Source of the DNA: Eledone cirrhosa
Taxonomy: Eukaryota
Length of the DNA: 64,000 nucleotides
Assembly: GCA_964016885.1 (NCBI GenBank)
Contig: OZ024740.1
Coordinates: 411,246,001-411,310,000, forward strand
Reading direction: 5' to 3'
The notes beneath the pieces are model-generated. The model was given only the letters and a program-made list of their open reading frames with translations, did not search any database and had not been told where the DNA came from. Below are positions 37,268-50,501 of the stretch, one piece after another. The number at the start of each line of letters is the position of its first letter. Position 1 is the first letter of the stretch. Both the position numbers and the translations under genes were made by a program.

Positions 37268-40200
37268 GAATGCTATGGTTGACGGAGGCTCGGCTCTGTA
37301 ATATATTGTACATTTTGACCGCTATAACAATTGTAAATTGTTTAAAACTGTAACCAACTTGTAGACAAAAACACCCTCCTCCTCGTGAGAGGGGTCTTTC
37401 TGCCCGTTATTTGGCCCTTCGGGGTTAAATAACCGCTTATTGGGGTTTTGTGCCCAATATTTATTTCAAACAAAAAAAAACAACATGGCTACGAAAAAGA
37501 ATTTTCATAGGTCACTCCCACTCATTCCGTCTTCTTCTTCCTCAATCGTCACTACAGCAGAGAGAAGATCGTCTCTCTCCCTCCCTTCGCTTTCGCAAAC
37601 AACGACATAAAAGAAAAATCTCGTGCAAAGCGTACAAGATTTTTCACGACGACGACGACAACGACGAAACAGGTGTGCGGGAAATACGAAAACCCATTTC
37701 ATTCGTCTGACGTCAGGAATAATAGCAGTCGCAGCCGTAATAACAACAGCAACAGTGACAAGTAAAACAACAGTAGCAGCCGCAACAGCATCAGCAGCAG
37801 CATAAACAACAACAGCATTAGCAGCAGCAACAACAACAACAACCACAGCAACAGCGGCGGCGGCAGTAGTCGTAGTACCTGCCGCAACAACAAAAGTAAC
37901 AGCAGCTCTGACGACAACAACAACAACAACAGCAGCAAAGAAAAACCAATCTCGTTTGCAGGCTTCGCAAAGAACCTGGAAACCATCCTCATAACAAATG
38001 AGGAATTACAGGAAGCGAAGAAGATGGTGAGAAAAACTGGACACCGAGCAATCTGCAAGGCAGCCGAAAAATGTTTCGAAACCCAACAGCACTGTACGGT
38101 CACGTACCGTACAGTAAGTACAAAATCCCGTAGGGTTGAAAGAGCCACAGAGGCTCAAATACAACAAGCTTTGGGGTCTGTGTGGCAGCGGAAAACGCAC
38201 ATCACCCGAGGCAAAAAATATGCCACCGTAGACGTACAGGAAGCAAAGGCTCAATCCTTAGTGACCCTAAGGAGCGAGGATATGGTGTTGGTGCCCCCCT
38301 ACTGCGGGGAAAAAATTGTGAGGGTCAAACTGACCCCCCCCCCCCAGGATGGCCCCTTCTTGGCTGGCCGCGTCTGTCCTCGTCGGAATCGAGGAGAAAA
38401 CAACTGTACTGCAAGTACAGAAAAAAGTAAGAGAAGATTGGGTCGGCACCTCTATTGAGATGTTAATCCAAACCAACCAGGAGTGCATCGAAGCTATCCC
38501 GGATGTGATAGACTTCGATAACGGCACTCAACTGCCCATAAGTGTTGAGGGCAAACGCCCGAAATGCTTTCGCTGTGGATCGAAGACTCACCTCAGGGCC
38601 TTCTGCAACGAGAAGACCCTGAGAAAGGAGAAAACCCCCCTCCTTCCGAAACCGGCTCCACGGCTACCAGCAACAGGACAAGCGGCAACCAGGAACGATA
38701 GGTCCGTGGCACCCATACCCACGCCACGGAAATCAAAAACAGCAGCAGCAGTGGAAGTATTAACAACAACAACAGCAATACCAAATGCAGCGGCAACAGA
38801 GACACCAGTGCAAACATCACCAAAAACAACAAGTGAAAGAGTGGAGCTGGTACCCCTCCACGACCTCACAGAATCAGACATGGAGTGTGAGGTGGGAGAG
38901 GGATGGCAAAAGGTCGTAAGAAGGCACAAACACAGAAGCAGCGCATCGTCGCCTTCGAAAAGGGAGGAAAGAAATGAAAAAAGGGTAAAGTCTACTGCAA
39001 AGAGACTCACAGCAGCAACACCACCAACACCATCACCACCCACACTAGCACCACCATCACCACCGGCGACAACCCCACCGCCAACAACAACAACAACTTC
39101 AACACCACCACCACAAGCACCAACATCGCAAACACAACAACAAAATACACACACCCAGCAACAACGACAAAAAAAAAGCAGAACCACACCCCACCCCCAG
39201 AAAAAAAATGCACGGCAATAAATACACACAACAAGAAACTAATGACTTACATAATTGAACACACAGACATTTCACAACAGGACTACATAATACCAGCACC
39301 AATCAAAACGCCAACTAACATAAGACTGCTAAAAATAGCACAGAAACAATACACAAACATTAAAACGAAATTCCCCAACGCAGTTGGTGATTTCAGCGAC
39401 CTAGGAGGAACCATTAATCGAAGAGTATATTCAGACATTCTCTTAGAAGAGCCGACGACCAGCCGAAGGGACAATTCAACGGTCCCTTCACCAGACGATC
39501 AATTGAAAAGGGATGTAAAAACCATCTCTCCTCTACCAAAAGTACGGTAAGTGGTCTTTCCCATCTTTTCCACTCTATTTTAAACATGACCTCACTCAGA
39601 ATAGGCAGCATAAATGCGCGTGGCTTGGGATCGTCATGGAAGCAGGGTTACCTGCTCAACGACCTCAGGTCACTAAACATAGATGTAGTGGCCATCAGCG
39701 AGACCAGAATCTCCGAAGCACGGGTCTTCTCACCGATCTTCGGCGGCTACGATGTGTACGCATCTCCCAGCCGTCCTGGATCGGGGGAAGGAGTTGCTGT
39801 GCTTTTTCGAAGAGGTTTGTATCTCGCCATACGGGCCATCTTCCTGGACCCAGAGGGTAAGTTGGTGATGCTGGACGTAACCAGCGGAGACGGGCAAGCT
39901 TTCAGGCTAGTGGCCGTCTATGCCCCGACAGGAGCAGGGCGGCCTGATTTCTTCCGGCGTCTGGAGACCTTTCTTGGAACGTCCCACTCTTTAGTGTTAG
40001 TAGGCGACTGGAACGGGATCTTAGATGCACGCTGGGACTGTGTGGGATTAGCGGATAGGGAAGGAGGGTGCAAGAGCCTCACCAACCTGCTCAGGCGTTT
40101 TGAACTGTCTGACAGGTACCGATTGGATTTCCCGAATGTGCCAATGTGGACTTGGACAAACCGCATAGGGTCATCCAGATCATATCTAGATAGAGTATTT

Positions 40201-42880
40201 TGTAGGGAAATAGATAGGTCTGGCATAGGCTGTCCACAATTCAAGATAGTCAGCTACACGGACCACAAATTCGTGATTTGTGTGCTTGACTTAGATAGGC
40301 TTCATAGACGAGGACCCAGCTACTGGAAGCTAAACGCGTCCTTACCAGCGCGCAAGGCCTACAGAGACCGGATTAGCGAACTAGTTAAGCGGGCGTTGAC
40401 GGGGGCCATCGTCAACATGTGGTGATTTTCTCTGAAAAGAGCGATTAGAATAGAATCCATTAGGTTTAGTAAGGCTTTAGCAATAGAGAAAAAGAGAGTA
40501 GAGGGAGAACTAGTTAGAAAATTAGACGAGACGCTTAGCAAAGGCATTGCGGCCGACGTACTTGCGGCGAAATTGGCCCTTGACCAATTCTTCAATGCAA
40601 AGCACGAAGGCTGCGTTGTCAGAGCTCGGGTGCGTGCTCTCAGACACGAGGGGACGAAAGCCGTTCAATGGGCCCGAGTGGCGGAGGCGCGTCATGGCAA
40701 CAAAGCCACGATCCGGTCTTTGGTGGACCACGACGGGCGCATGCTACTCGATCCCGGGCAAATGTGTGAAGCTTTTCAGCGACACTTCACTCAGCTGTTC
40801 GGGGGCAGCAGTGGGCCGGATCGAGGGATGGACTTTAGTGTCTACCTCGACGGACTGCCGCGGCTCTCGGCCACTGAGGCGGAGTGTTGCGAAAAGCCGA
40901 TAACAGCCGCTGAAGTAAGGGAGGCAATGACTGGCTGCACAAGGGGTAAATCACCTGGTTTGGATGGTCTGCTCTATGAAATTTACGTACAGATGCCAGA
41001 CTTGTTCGGAGGCCTCTTGGCGGACGTCTACTGCAACTGGCAACAGAACGGGAGAATTCCCAGTTCTGTGAGCCGAGGAGCGGTGGCACTGCTGAGAAAG
41101 GATCCGAACAAGGGGGATAACATAGATAATTTCAGGCCCATAACTCTGCTAAACTCAGAGTTCAAGATTTTGGCCAAGGTGCTAGCAAAGAGGTTGGCGC
41201 TTGTCGTTGGTGGTCTGGTGGGAGAGGCGCAGACATGCGCCATTCCCGACAGATCCATCCACGACAACCTCCACCTCATGCGATACATCGTAGAGAGGGT
41301 AGCTAGGGAACCTGGCACGGATGGGTCCTTGATCAATTTAGATCAGTCGAAAGCGTTCGATAGGGTCGACCATCGTTACTTAGCGGCAGTCCTGAGGGCG
41401 GCTGGCTTTGGTCCCGTCTTCAGAGGTTGGATCGCTGCCACTAAGAGAATACGAAGCGGTGACAGGAGCAATGATGAACCAGGAAAAGTCAGTGGGCCTG
41501 CAGCTCGGCACCTGGAGAGGCAGGTCCATGCCGTCCAACAGCGTCGTCGGACGCTGGACGGAGGGACCGATTAAATTGCTAGGGGTCTAGTTCGGTCCGG
41601 ACCTCCAGACGGACAAAAACTCGGACGAGGTGACGAGCAGGGTGGCTTCTCTCACCCAGAAATGGGCGGAGAGGAAGCTATCCCTGAAAGGTCGAGCGGA
41701 GTTGGCTAACGCGTACATCGCATCTGTCATCTGCTACCGCCTGACCGTCGTACCTTGTCCTAAGCCTCTCCTGACTGCGCTGGAGCGTTTGCTCTTTCGC
41801 TTTTTGTGGAAGGGACGCACTCCGATGGTCAGGCGCTCCTACTGTTGTCAACACCCGCTACGTGGAGGGCTGGGCATGCCGTGGCTGATGATCCGCAGGC
41901 ACGCGCTTAGGCTACATCTCCACCTCTTCCTCGACGGTGATCAGGTGTGGTCGCCGTTTGCTAAACACGTATTTCCTGGGTCAAGCGAAGACCGAGTGGG
42001 AGCGCTTGGAGACTGGAATGTCTTCAGGCACTCACAAACCTCGACCAATCGGGCAATGTGATCGGTGGAAACTCCACCTTGGCGTTCTATAGAGGATTAG
42101 TGGAGGGGAAGAGCGACGACGTACTTGGAGAAATTCTAGGCGTCGACGAAAATCAACTAGCCAATCTCTTCGGAAGGACTTTCGGGCCGTGGCCTATGTA
42201 CAACTTCCAGAAATCCCTGGCCTGGCAGTGCTACCGAGGAGCCTTGCCAGTTCGGGATAAACTCTACAGGCATGGAGGTGCCGTCAGCCGGGCATGTCCG
42301 AGATGCGCGCAGGGCGACGAAACCGGCTATCATCTGAGTCCATCGTGAGGATTGCCCCGCCCTCCTCCTTTAGCCGGGAAGGGCAGGCAGTTTTTTATCT
42401 TTCTGGTGGCCATGGCGAAAGAGATAGTATGGTGGACACGTTTGAAAGGGCTGAAGACGAGCACTTACCTCTTCGGTGATGCCCTGATTGAATTTTTCAA
42501 ATTGTATTTGAAAAGGAAAATCAGAGTAGAGAGGGAAGTGCTCTCTTCCCAGCATTTTGTTGAAAGATGGGTGAGAGAAGCAAGAATGGCCCGTGTGAAT
42601 GGGCCTACTCTGAGTATATATCTGTAAATTAAAGGTGGAAAACTGGGAGAGGGCACTTGCCTTGGTGGTCAGGGTCACTGTGACCTTTTACTGGGCTTTC
42701 TCCACAAATGTCCCTCCGAAGTCTCTCCCCTATTGGGGTAGTGTTCATTGATACTTTTTGTTACATTCTCTGTATTTGTTTTTTACACGCAGAAATGCCC
42801 ATTTGTACCGTACTGTATTGTCCTGCACTGTCCTTAATGTCTACTTTATGTAAACCCTTGTGGTTAATAAAGAAATCACC
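37268..42880 (+). mobile_element. Tx1-A copy 2, full length (ORF1 37485-39550; ORF2 39586-42627; RT core deleted at ~41440)
   Basis: Colinear with A1 and A3; (ATT)n at 37238-37267 and 42881-42898. Confidence 0.9.
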
Positions 42881-42898
42881 ATTATTATTATTATTATT

Positions 42899-45800
42899 GA
42901 ATGCCATGGTTGACGGAGGCTCGGCTCTGTAAGGTATAGTAATTTTTAACCGTTAAAACAATTGTAAATTGTTTAAAACTTGAACCAAATTGTTGATAAA
43001 GACACCCTCCTCCTCGTGAGAGGGGTCTTTCTGTCCGTTATTTGGCCCTTCGGGGTTAAATAACCGGTTATTGGGGTTTTGTACCCAATATTCATTTTAA
43101 ACAAAAAAACATGGCTACGAAAAAGAAAGTTCATACGTCACTCCCACTCATTCCGTCTTCTTCTTCCTCAATCATCACTACAGCAGAGAGAAGATTGTCT
43201 CTCTCCCTCCCTTCTTTAAATGTGTCTCTCTCCCTCCCTTCTCTTTCGCAAGTGACGAAAGAAAAGAAAAGTCTCGTGCAAAGCGTGCAAGGTTTCTCCA
43301 CGACAACGACGACAGCGACGAAACAGGTGTGCGGGAAATAAGAAAACCCAGTTCATTCGTCTGACGTCAGGAATAATAGCAGTAGCAGCCGTAATAACAA
43401 CAACAACAGTGACAATGTAAACAACAGTAGCAGCCGCAACAGCATCACCAGCAGCATAAACAACAACAACATTAGCAGCAACACCAACAACAACCACAGC
43501 AACAGCGGCGGAGGCAGTAGTCGTTATACCTGCAGCAACAACAAAAGTACCAGCAGCTCTGACGACAACAACAACAATAGCAGCAAAGAAAACCAATCTC
43601 ATTTGCAGGCATTGCGAAAAACTTGGAAACAATCCTCATAACAAATGAGGAATTAGAGGAAGCGAAGAAGATGGTGACAAAGAATGGACACCGACCAATC
43701 TGCAAGGCAGCGGAAAATTTTTTCGAAACCCAACAGCACTGTACGGTCACGTACCGTACAGTAAGTACAAAATCCCGTAGGGTGGAAAGAGCCACAGAGG
43801 CTCAGATACAAAAAGCCTTGGGGTCTGTGTGGCAGCGGAAAACCCACATCACCCGAGGTAAAAAATATGCCACCGTAGACGTACTTTTTGCCACACCCCA
43901 GGAGGCAAAGGCCCAATCAGTAGTGACCCTAAGGAGCGAGGAAATGGTGTTGGTGCCCTCCTACTGCGGGCAAAAAATTGTGATGGTCAAACTTACCCAC
44001 GTCCCCCCCGGAATGGCCCCTTCTTGGCTGGCCGCGTCTGTCCTCGTCGGAATCGAGGACAAAACAACTGTACTGCAAGTACAGAAAAAAGTAAGAGAAG
44101 ATTGGGTCGGCACCTCCATTGAGATGCTAATCCAAACCAACCAGGAGTGCATCGAAGCTATCCCGGATGTGATAGACTTCGATAACGGCACTCAACTGCC
44201 CATAAGTGTTGAGGGCAAACGCCCGAAATGCTTTCGCTGTGGATCGAAGACTCACCTCAGGGACTTCTGCAACGAGAAGACCCTGAGAAAGGAGAAAACC
44301 CCCCTCCTTCCGAATCCGGCTCCACGGCTACCAGCAACAGGACAAGCGGCAACCAGGAACGATAGGTCCGTGGCACCCATACCCACTCCACGGAAATCAA
44401 AAACAGCAGCAGCAGTGGAAATATTAACAACAATAACAGCAATACCAAATGCAGCTGCAACAGAGACTCCAGTGCAAACATCACCAACAACAACAAGTGA
44501 AAGAGTGGAGCTGGTACCCCTCCCCGACCTCACAGAATCAGACATGGAGTGTGAGGTGGGAGAGGGATGGCAAAAGGTCGTAAGAAGGCACAAACGCAGA
44601 AGCAGCGCATCGTCGCCTTTGAAAAGGGAGGAAAGAAATGAGAAAAGGGTAAAGTCTACTGCAAATAGACCCACAGCAGCAACACCACCAACACCATCAC
44701 CACCCACACTAGCACCACCATCACCACCGGCGACAACCCCACCGCCAACAACACCTTCAACACCACCACCACAAGCACCAACATCGCAAACACAACAACA
44801 AAACACACACACCCAGCAACAACGACAAGAAAATAGCAGAACCACACCCCACCCCCAGAAAAACAAATGCACGGCAATAAATACACACAACAAGAAACTA
44901 ATGACTTACATAATTGAACACACAGACATTTCACAACAGGACTACATAATACCAGCACCAATCAAAACGCCAACTAACATAAGACTGCTAAAAATAGCAC
45001 AGAAACAATACACAAACATTAAAACGAAATTCCCCAACGCAGTTGGTGATTTCAGGGACCTAGGAGGAACCATCAATCGAAGAGTATATTCAGACATTCT
45101 CTTAGAAGAGCCCACGACCAGCCGAAGGGACGATTCAACGGTCCCTTCACCAGGCAATCAAGTGAAAAGGGATGTAAAAACCATCTCTCCTCTACCAAAA
45201 GTACGGTAAGTGGTCTTTCCCATCTTTTCCACTCTATTTTAAACATGACCTCACTCAGAATAGGCAGCATAAATGCGCGTGGCTTGGGGTCGTCATGGAA
45301 GCAGGGTCACCTGCTCAACGACCTCAGGTCACTAAACATAGATGTAGTGGCCATCAGCGAGACCAGAATCTCCGAAGCACGGGCCTTCGCACCGATCTTA
45401 GGCGGCTACGATGTGTACGCATCTCCCAGCCGTCCTGGATCGGGTGGAGGTGATGCTGTGCTTTTTCGGAGAGGTTTGGATCTCGCCATACGGGCCATCT
45501 TCCTGGACCCAGAGGGTAAGTTGGTGGTGCTGGACGTGACCAGCGGAGACGGGCAAGCTTTCAGGCTAGTGGCCGTCTATGCCCCGACAGGAGCAGGGCG
45601 GCCTGATTTCTTCCGGCGTCTGGAGACTTTTCTTGGAACGTCCCGCTCTTTAGTGTTAGTGGGCGACTGGAACGGGATCTTAGATGCACGCTGGGACTGT
45701 GTGGGATTAGCGGATAGGGGTGGAGGGTGCAAGAGCCTCACCAACCTGCTCAGGCGTTTTGAACTGTCTGACAGGTACCGATTGGATTTCCCGAATGTGC

Positions 45801-48800
45801 CAACGTGGACTTGGACAAATCGCATAGGGTCATCCAGATCATATCTAGATAGAGTATTTTGTAGGGAAATAGATAGGTCTAGCATAGGCTGTCCACAATT
45901 CAAGATAGTCAGCTACACGGACCACAAATTCTTGATCCGTGTGCTTGACTTAGATAGGCTTCATAGACGAGGACCCGGCTACTGGAAGCTAAACGCGTCC
46001 TTACCAGCGCGCAAGGCCTACAGAGACCGGATTAGCGAACTAGTTAAGCGGGCGTTGACGGGGGCCATCGTCAACAACAAGTGGTGGTTTGCTCTGAAAA
46101 GAGCGATTAGAATAGAATAGATTAGGTTTAGAAAGGCTTTAGCAATAGAGAAAAATAGAACAGAGGGAGAACTAGTTAGAAAATTAGACGAGGCGCTTAG
46201 CAAAGGCATTGCGACCGACGTGCTTGCGGCGAAATTGGCCCTTGACCAATTCTTCAATGCAAAGCACGAAGGCTGCGTTGTCAGAGCAAGGGTGCGTGCT
46301 CTCAGACACGAGGGGACGAAAGGCGTTCAATGGGCCCGAGTGGCGGAGGCGCGTCGTGGCAACAAAGCCACAATCCGGTCTTTGGTGGACCACGACGGGC
46401 GCATGCTACTCGATCCCGGGCAAATGTATGAAGCTTTTCAGCGACACTTCGCTCAGCTGTTCGGGGGCAGCGGTGGGCCGGGTAGAGGGATGGACTTTAG
46501 TGTCTACCTCGACGGACTGCCGCGGCTCTCGGCCACTGAGGCGAAGTGTTGCGAAAAGCCGATAACAGCCGCTGAAGTAAGGGAGGCAATGACTGGCTGC
46601 ACAAGGGGTAAATCGCCTGGTTTGGATGGTCTGCCTTATGAACTTTACGTACAGATGCCAGACTTGTTCGGAGGCCTCTTGGCGGACGTCTACTGCAACT
46701 GGCAACAGAACGGGAGAATTCCCAGTTCTGTGAGCCGAGGAGCGGTGGCACTGCTGAGAAAGGACCCGAACAAGGGGGATAACATAGATAATTTCCGGCC
46801 CATAACTCTGCTAAACACAGAGTTCAAGATTTTGGCCAAGGTGCTAGGAAAGAGGTTGGCGCTTGTCGTTGGTGGTCTGGTGGGAGAGGCACAGACATGC
46901 GCCATTCCCGACAGATCCATCCACGACAACCTCCACCTCATGCGATACATCATAGAGAGGGTAGCTAAGGAACCTGGCACGGGTGGGTCCTTGATCAATT
47001 TAGATCAGTCGAAAGCTTTCGATAGGGTCGACCATCGTTACCTAGCGGCAGTCCTGAGGGCGGCTGGCTTTGGGCCCGTCTTCAGAGGCTGGATCGCTGC
47101 CATGCACAGCGACATCTGCTCTGTGGTGAGAGTGAACGGTCACCTGTCGGAACCGTTCAACATCATGCGCTCGGTCAGCTAAGGATGTCCCCTCTCGTCC
47201 CTCTTGTACGTATTGACTCTCGAGCCATTACTGCACAAACTGGAGACGTTGAGGGGAGTCCCGCGCGAACTAGGATGCGGAAGATCCGTGTCAGCATATG
47301 CGGACGATGTCACCGTAGTGGTGTCGAACGCCAAACACATCGAGGCGATCGGCACTACACTAAGAGAATACGAAGCGGTGACAGGAGCAATGATCAACCA
47401 GGAAAAGTCAGTGGGCCTGCAGCTCGGCACCTGGAGAGGCAGGTCCATGCCGTCCAACAGCGTCGTCGGGCGCTGGACGGACGGACCGGTTAAATTGCTA
47501 GGGGTCTGGTTCGGTCCGGACCTCCAGACGGACAAAACCTGGGACGAGGTGACGAGCAGGGTGGCTTCTCTCACCCAGAAATGGGCGGAGAGGAAGCTAT
47601 CCCTGAAAGGTCGAGCGGAGGTGGCGAATGCGTACATCGCATCCGTCATCTACTACCGCCTGACCGTCGTACCTTGTCCTAAGCCCCGCGCCTGACTGCG
47701 CTGGAGCGTTTGCTCTTTCGCTTCTTGTGGAAGGGACGCGCTCCGATGGTCAGGCGGTCCATCTGCTGTCAACACCCGCTACGTGGAGGGCTGGGGTTGC
47801 CGTGGCTGATGATGCGCAGACACGCGCTCAGGCTACGATACCTCCACCTCTTCCTCGTCGGTGATCAGGTGTGGTCGCCGTTTGCAAGACACGTTTTTCC
47901 CCAGCTCGTCTCCTTGACGGAGCTGCAGTCCTGGGTCAAGCGAAGACCGAGAGGGAGCGCTTGGAGACTGGAATGTCTTCAGGCGCTCACAGACCTCGAC
48001 CAATCGGGCAATGTGATCGGTGGAAACTCCACCTTGGCGTTCTATAGGGGATTAGTGGAGGGGAAGAGCGACGACGTACTTGGAGAAACTCTAGGCGTCG
48101 ACGAAAATCAACTAGCCAATCTCTTCGGAAGGACTTTCGGGCCGGGGCCTATGGACAACTTCCAGAAATCCCTGGCCTGGCAGTGCTACCGAGGAGCTTT
48201 GCCAGTTCGGGATAAACTCTACAGGTATGGAGGTGCCGTCAGCCGGGCATGTCCGAGATGCGCGCAGGGCGACGAAACCGTCCTGCACGCACTCGTCCAG
48301 TGTCCGAGCATTGCTGACTTGTGGGTTTATGTCGAACACCTGCTGTCACGTGTAGGACGGATCCAGCTATCAGCTGAGTCCATCGTGAGGATTGCCCCGC
48401 CCTCTTCCTTTAGCCGGGAAGGGCAGGCAGTTTTTATCTGTCTGGTGGCCATGGCGAAAGAGATAGTATGGTGGACACGTTTGAAAGGGCTGAAGACGAG
48501 CACTTACCTCTTCCTGAAAAGGAAAATCAGGGTAGAGAGGGAAGTGCTCTCTTCCCAGCATTTTGTTGAAAGATGGGTGAGAGAAGCAAGTATGGCCCGA
48601 ATGAATGGGCCTTCTCTGAGTATGTGTCTGTAAATTAAAGGTGGAAAACTGGGAGAGGGCACATGCCCTGGTGGTCAGGGCCATTGTGGTCTTTTAATGG
48701 GCTTTCTCCACAAATGTCCCTCGGAAGTCTCCCCCCTATTGGGGAATTTTTCTTTGTTATTTTATTTCATCCTCTGTTTTTTTACACGCAGAAATGCCCA

Positions 48801-48875
48801 TTTGTACCGTCCTGTATTGTCCTGTACTGTCCTTAATGTCTACTTTATGTAAACCCTTGTGGTTAATAAAGAAAA

Positions 48876-48876
<1 letters not shown>
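42899..48876 (+). mobile_element. Tx1-A copy 3, full length (ORF1 43111-45209; ORF2 45245-48633, disrupted)
   Basis: APE, WKLN, YADD and CCHC; tail (ATT)n at 48877-48927. Confidence 0.92.
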
Positions 48877-48927
<51 letters not shown>

Positions 48928-48930
<3 letters not shown>

Positions 48931-48988
48931 AAATAAAGTACCAGTAATGAACTGGGTTATTGCTGGCCTTGTGCCTAAAGTAGAAACA
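48928..48988 (+). mobile_element. 5'-truncated SINE copy 3 with (ATT)n tail to 49024
   Basis: ATAAAATAAAGTACCAGT...GGCCTTGTGCCTAAAGTAGAAACA matches the 3' half of SINE1/2. Confidence 0.85.
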
Positions 48989-49024
<36 letters not shown>

Positions 49025-50078
49025 GACTATCTACAACATGTTCCACAAGAGGATTGATGTCGATAGACTCTACTAAAAGAGATATGAATGTGGAATAGGT
49101 CTTATCAGCATAGAGGACTGTGTTCAGATGTAGAAAAACAACCTGCACAAATACGTGACCGACAGTAGGGAGCCAATGCTCAGAATTGTACTGAAGGAGA
49201 GAACAATAGGCCAGGGGATGTCAAAGGAGGAAATAACAACAAGGAGGAAGAGCAACCTTCATGAACAATCCCTTCATAGTACCTTCTTTGAGAAAACTGA
49301 ATTCAGAGATCCACAGACATGGAACTGGTTAAATAGAGGAGACCTTTAAAAGGCTACAGAAGGAATGCTAATGGCTGCGCAAGAGCAGGCCCTCTAAATG
49401 AAGTGGGTGAAACACCATATTTACAAGGAAGAGGCTAACCCACTGTGTAGGATCTGTGGAGAGAGAGAGAGGAGATTGTGGCTCACATTGTATCCGAGTG
49501 TAAACACCTAGCCCAGACTCATTATAAAGGCTGGAGACATGATGTGACGGGCAGGGTGATCCACTGGCATCTATGCAAAGTAAACAATTTACCACTTACT
49601 GAGAAGTGGTATGAGCATAAGCCAGAGTCGGTGATAGAAATCGATATGGTGAAGGTGCTGTGGGATTTTAGGATACAGACGGATAAGAAACTGGAACACA
49701 ATAGGCCTGACCTGGTGGTTTTGGACAAGGAAAATAGATCGTGCCTGACTGTAGATTCGACACGAGAGTGCAAGAAAAGGAGAGGGAGAAAATTAACCGA
49801 TACCAGGACTTAAAGTGGGAGCTAAAAGGGATTTGGAACTGCCATGAAGTCAGAGTCGTCCCGATTGTCATAGAGGCACTAGGTACTATCTCAAAAAGTT
49901 TCCAGGGATGCCTGAAGAAAATTGGCCCCGCCCCGCTTTTTGGAACACTTCAAAAGTAATGCTTGCTGGGAACAGCAAGAACCCTCCGATACGTCCTGAA
50001 TATGTGAGGCTGCAGGTAGCGGCTTGATATTCATTTCAACAAACTTTCCAGTTAAATCATGACTGAGACTCAAAGAAC

Positions 50079-50164
<86 letters not shown>

Positions 50165-50168
50165 TAAT

Positions 50169-50501
50169 GATTTCTTTATTAACCACAAGGGTTTACATAA
50201 AGTAGACATTAAGGACAGTACAGGACAATACAGAGCGGTACAAATGGGCATTTCTGCGAGTAAAAAAAAACAAGAAACAGAGGATGTAATAATAGAACAA
50301 TGAAAAAATTCCCCAATAGTGGGGAGACTTCCGAGGGACTTTGGTGAAGAAAGCCCATTAAAAAGCCACCGCTTCGTATTTTCTTAGTGTAGTGCCGATC
50401 GCCTCGATGTATTTAGCGTTCGACACCACTACGGTGACATCGTCCGCATATGCTGACACGGATCTTCCGCATCCTAGTTCGCGCGGGACCCCCTCAACGT
50501 C
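50169..50501 (-). mobile_element. Tx1-A copy 4: 3' UTR joined to a 130-bp RT fragment (internally deleted and truncated)
   Basis: 50169-50369 matches 24965-25155; 50370-50501 matches ~26479-26610. Confidence 0.85.

Larger units (their letters stand above)
30904..50078 (+). mobile_element. Dong A copy 6, 5'-truncated and split: pieces at 30904-31088, 31266-31345 and 49025-50078
   Basis: The pieces are contiguous in the Dong consensus: ...GACTAGGAA(G/T)CTATT | GACTATCTACAAC...; tail at 50079-50168. Confidence 0.88.
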
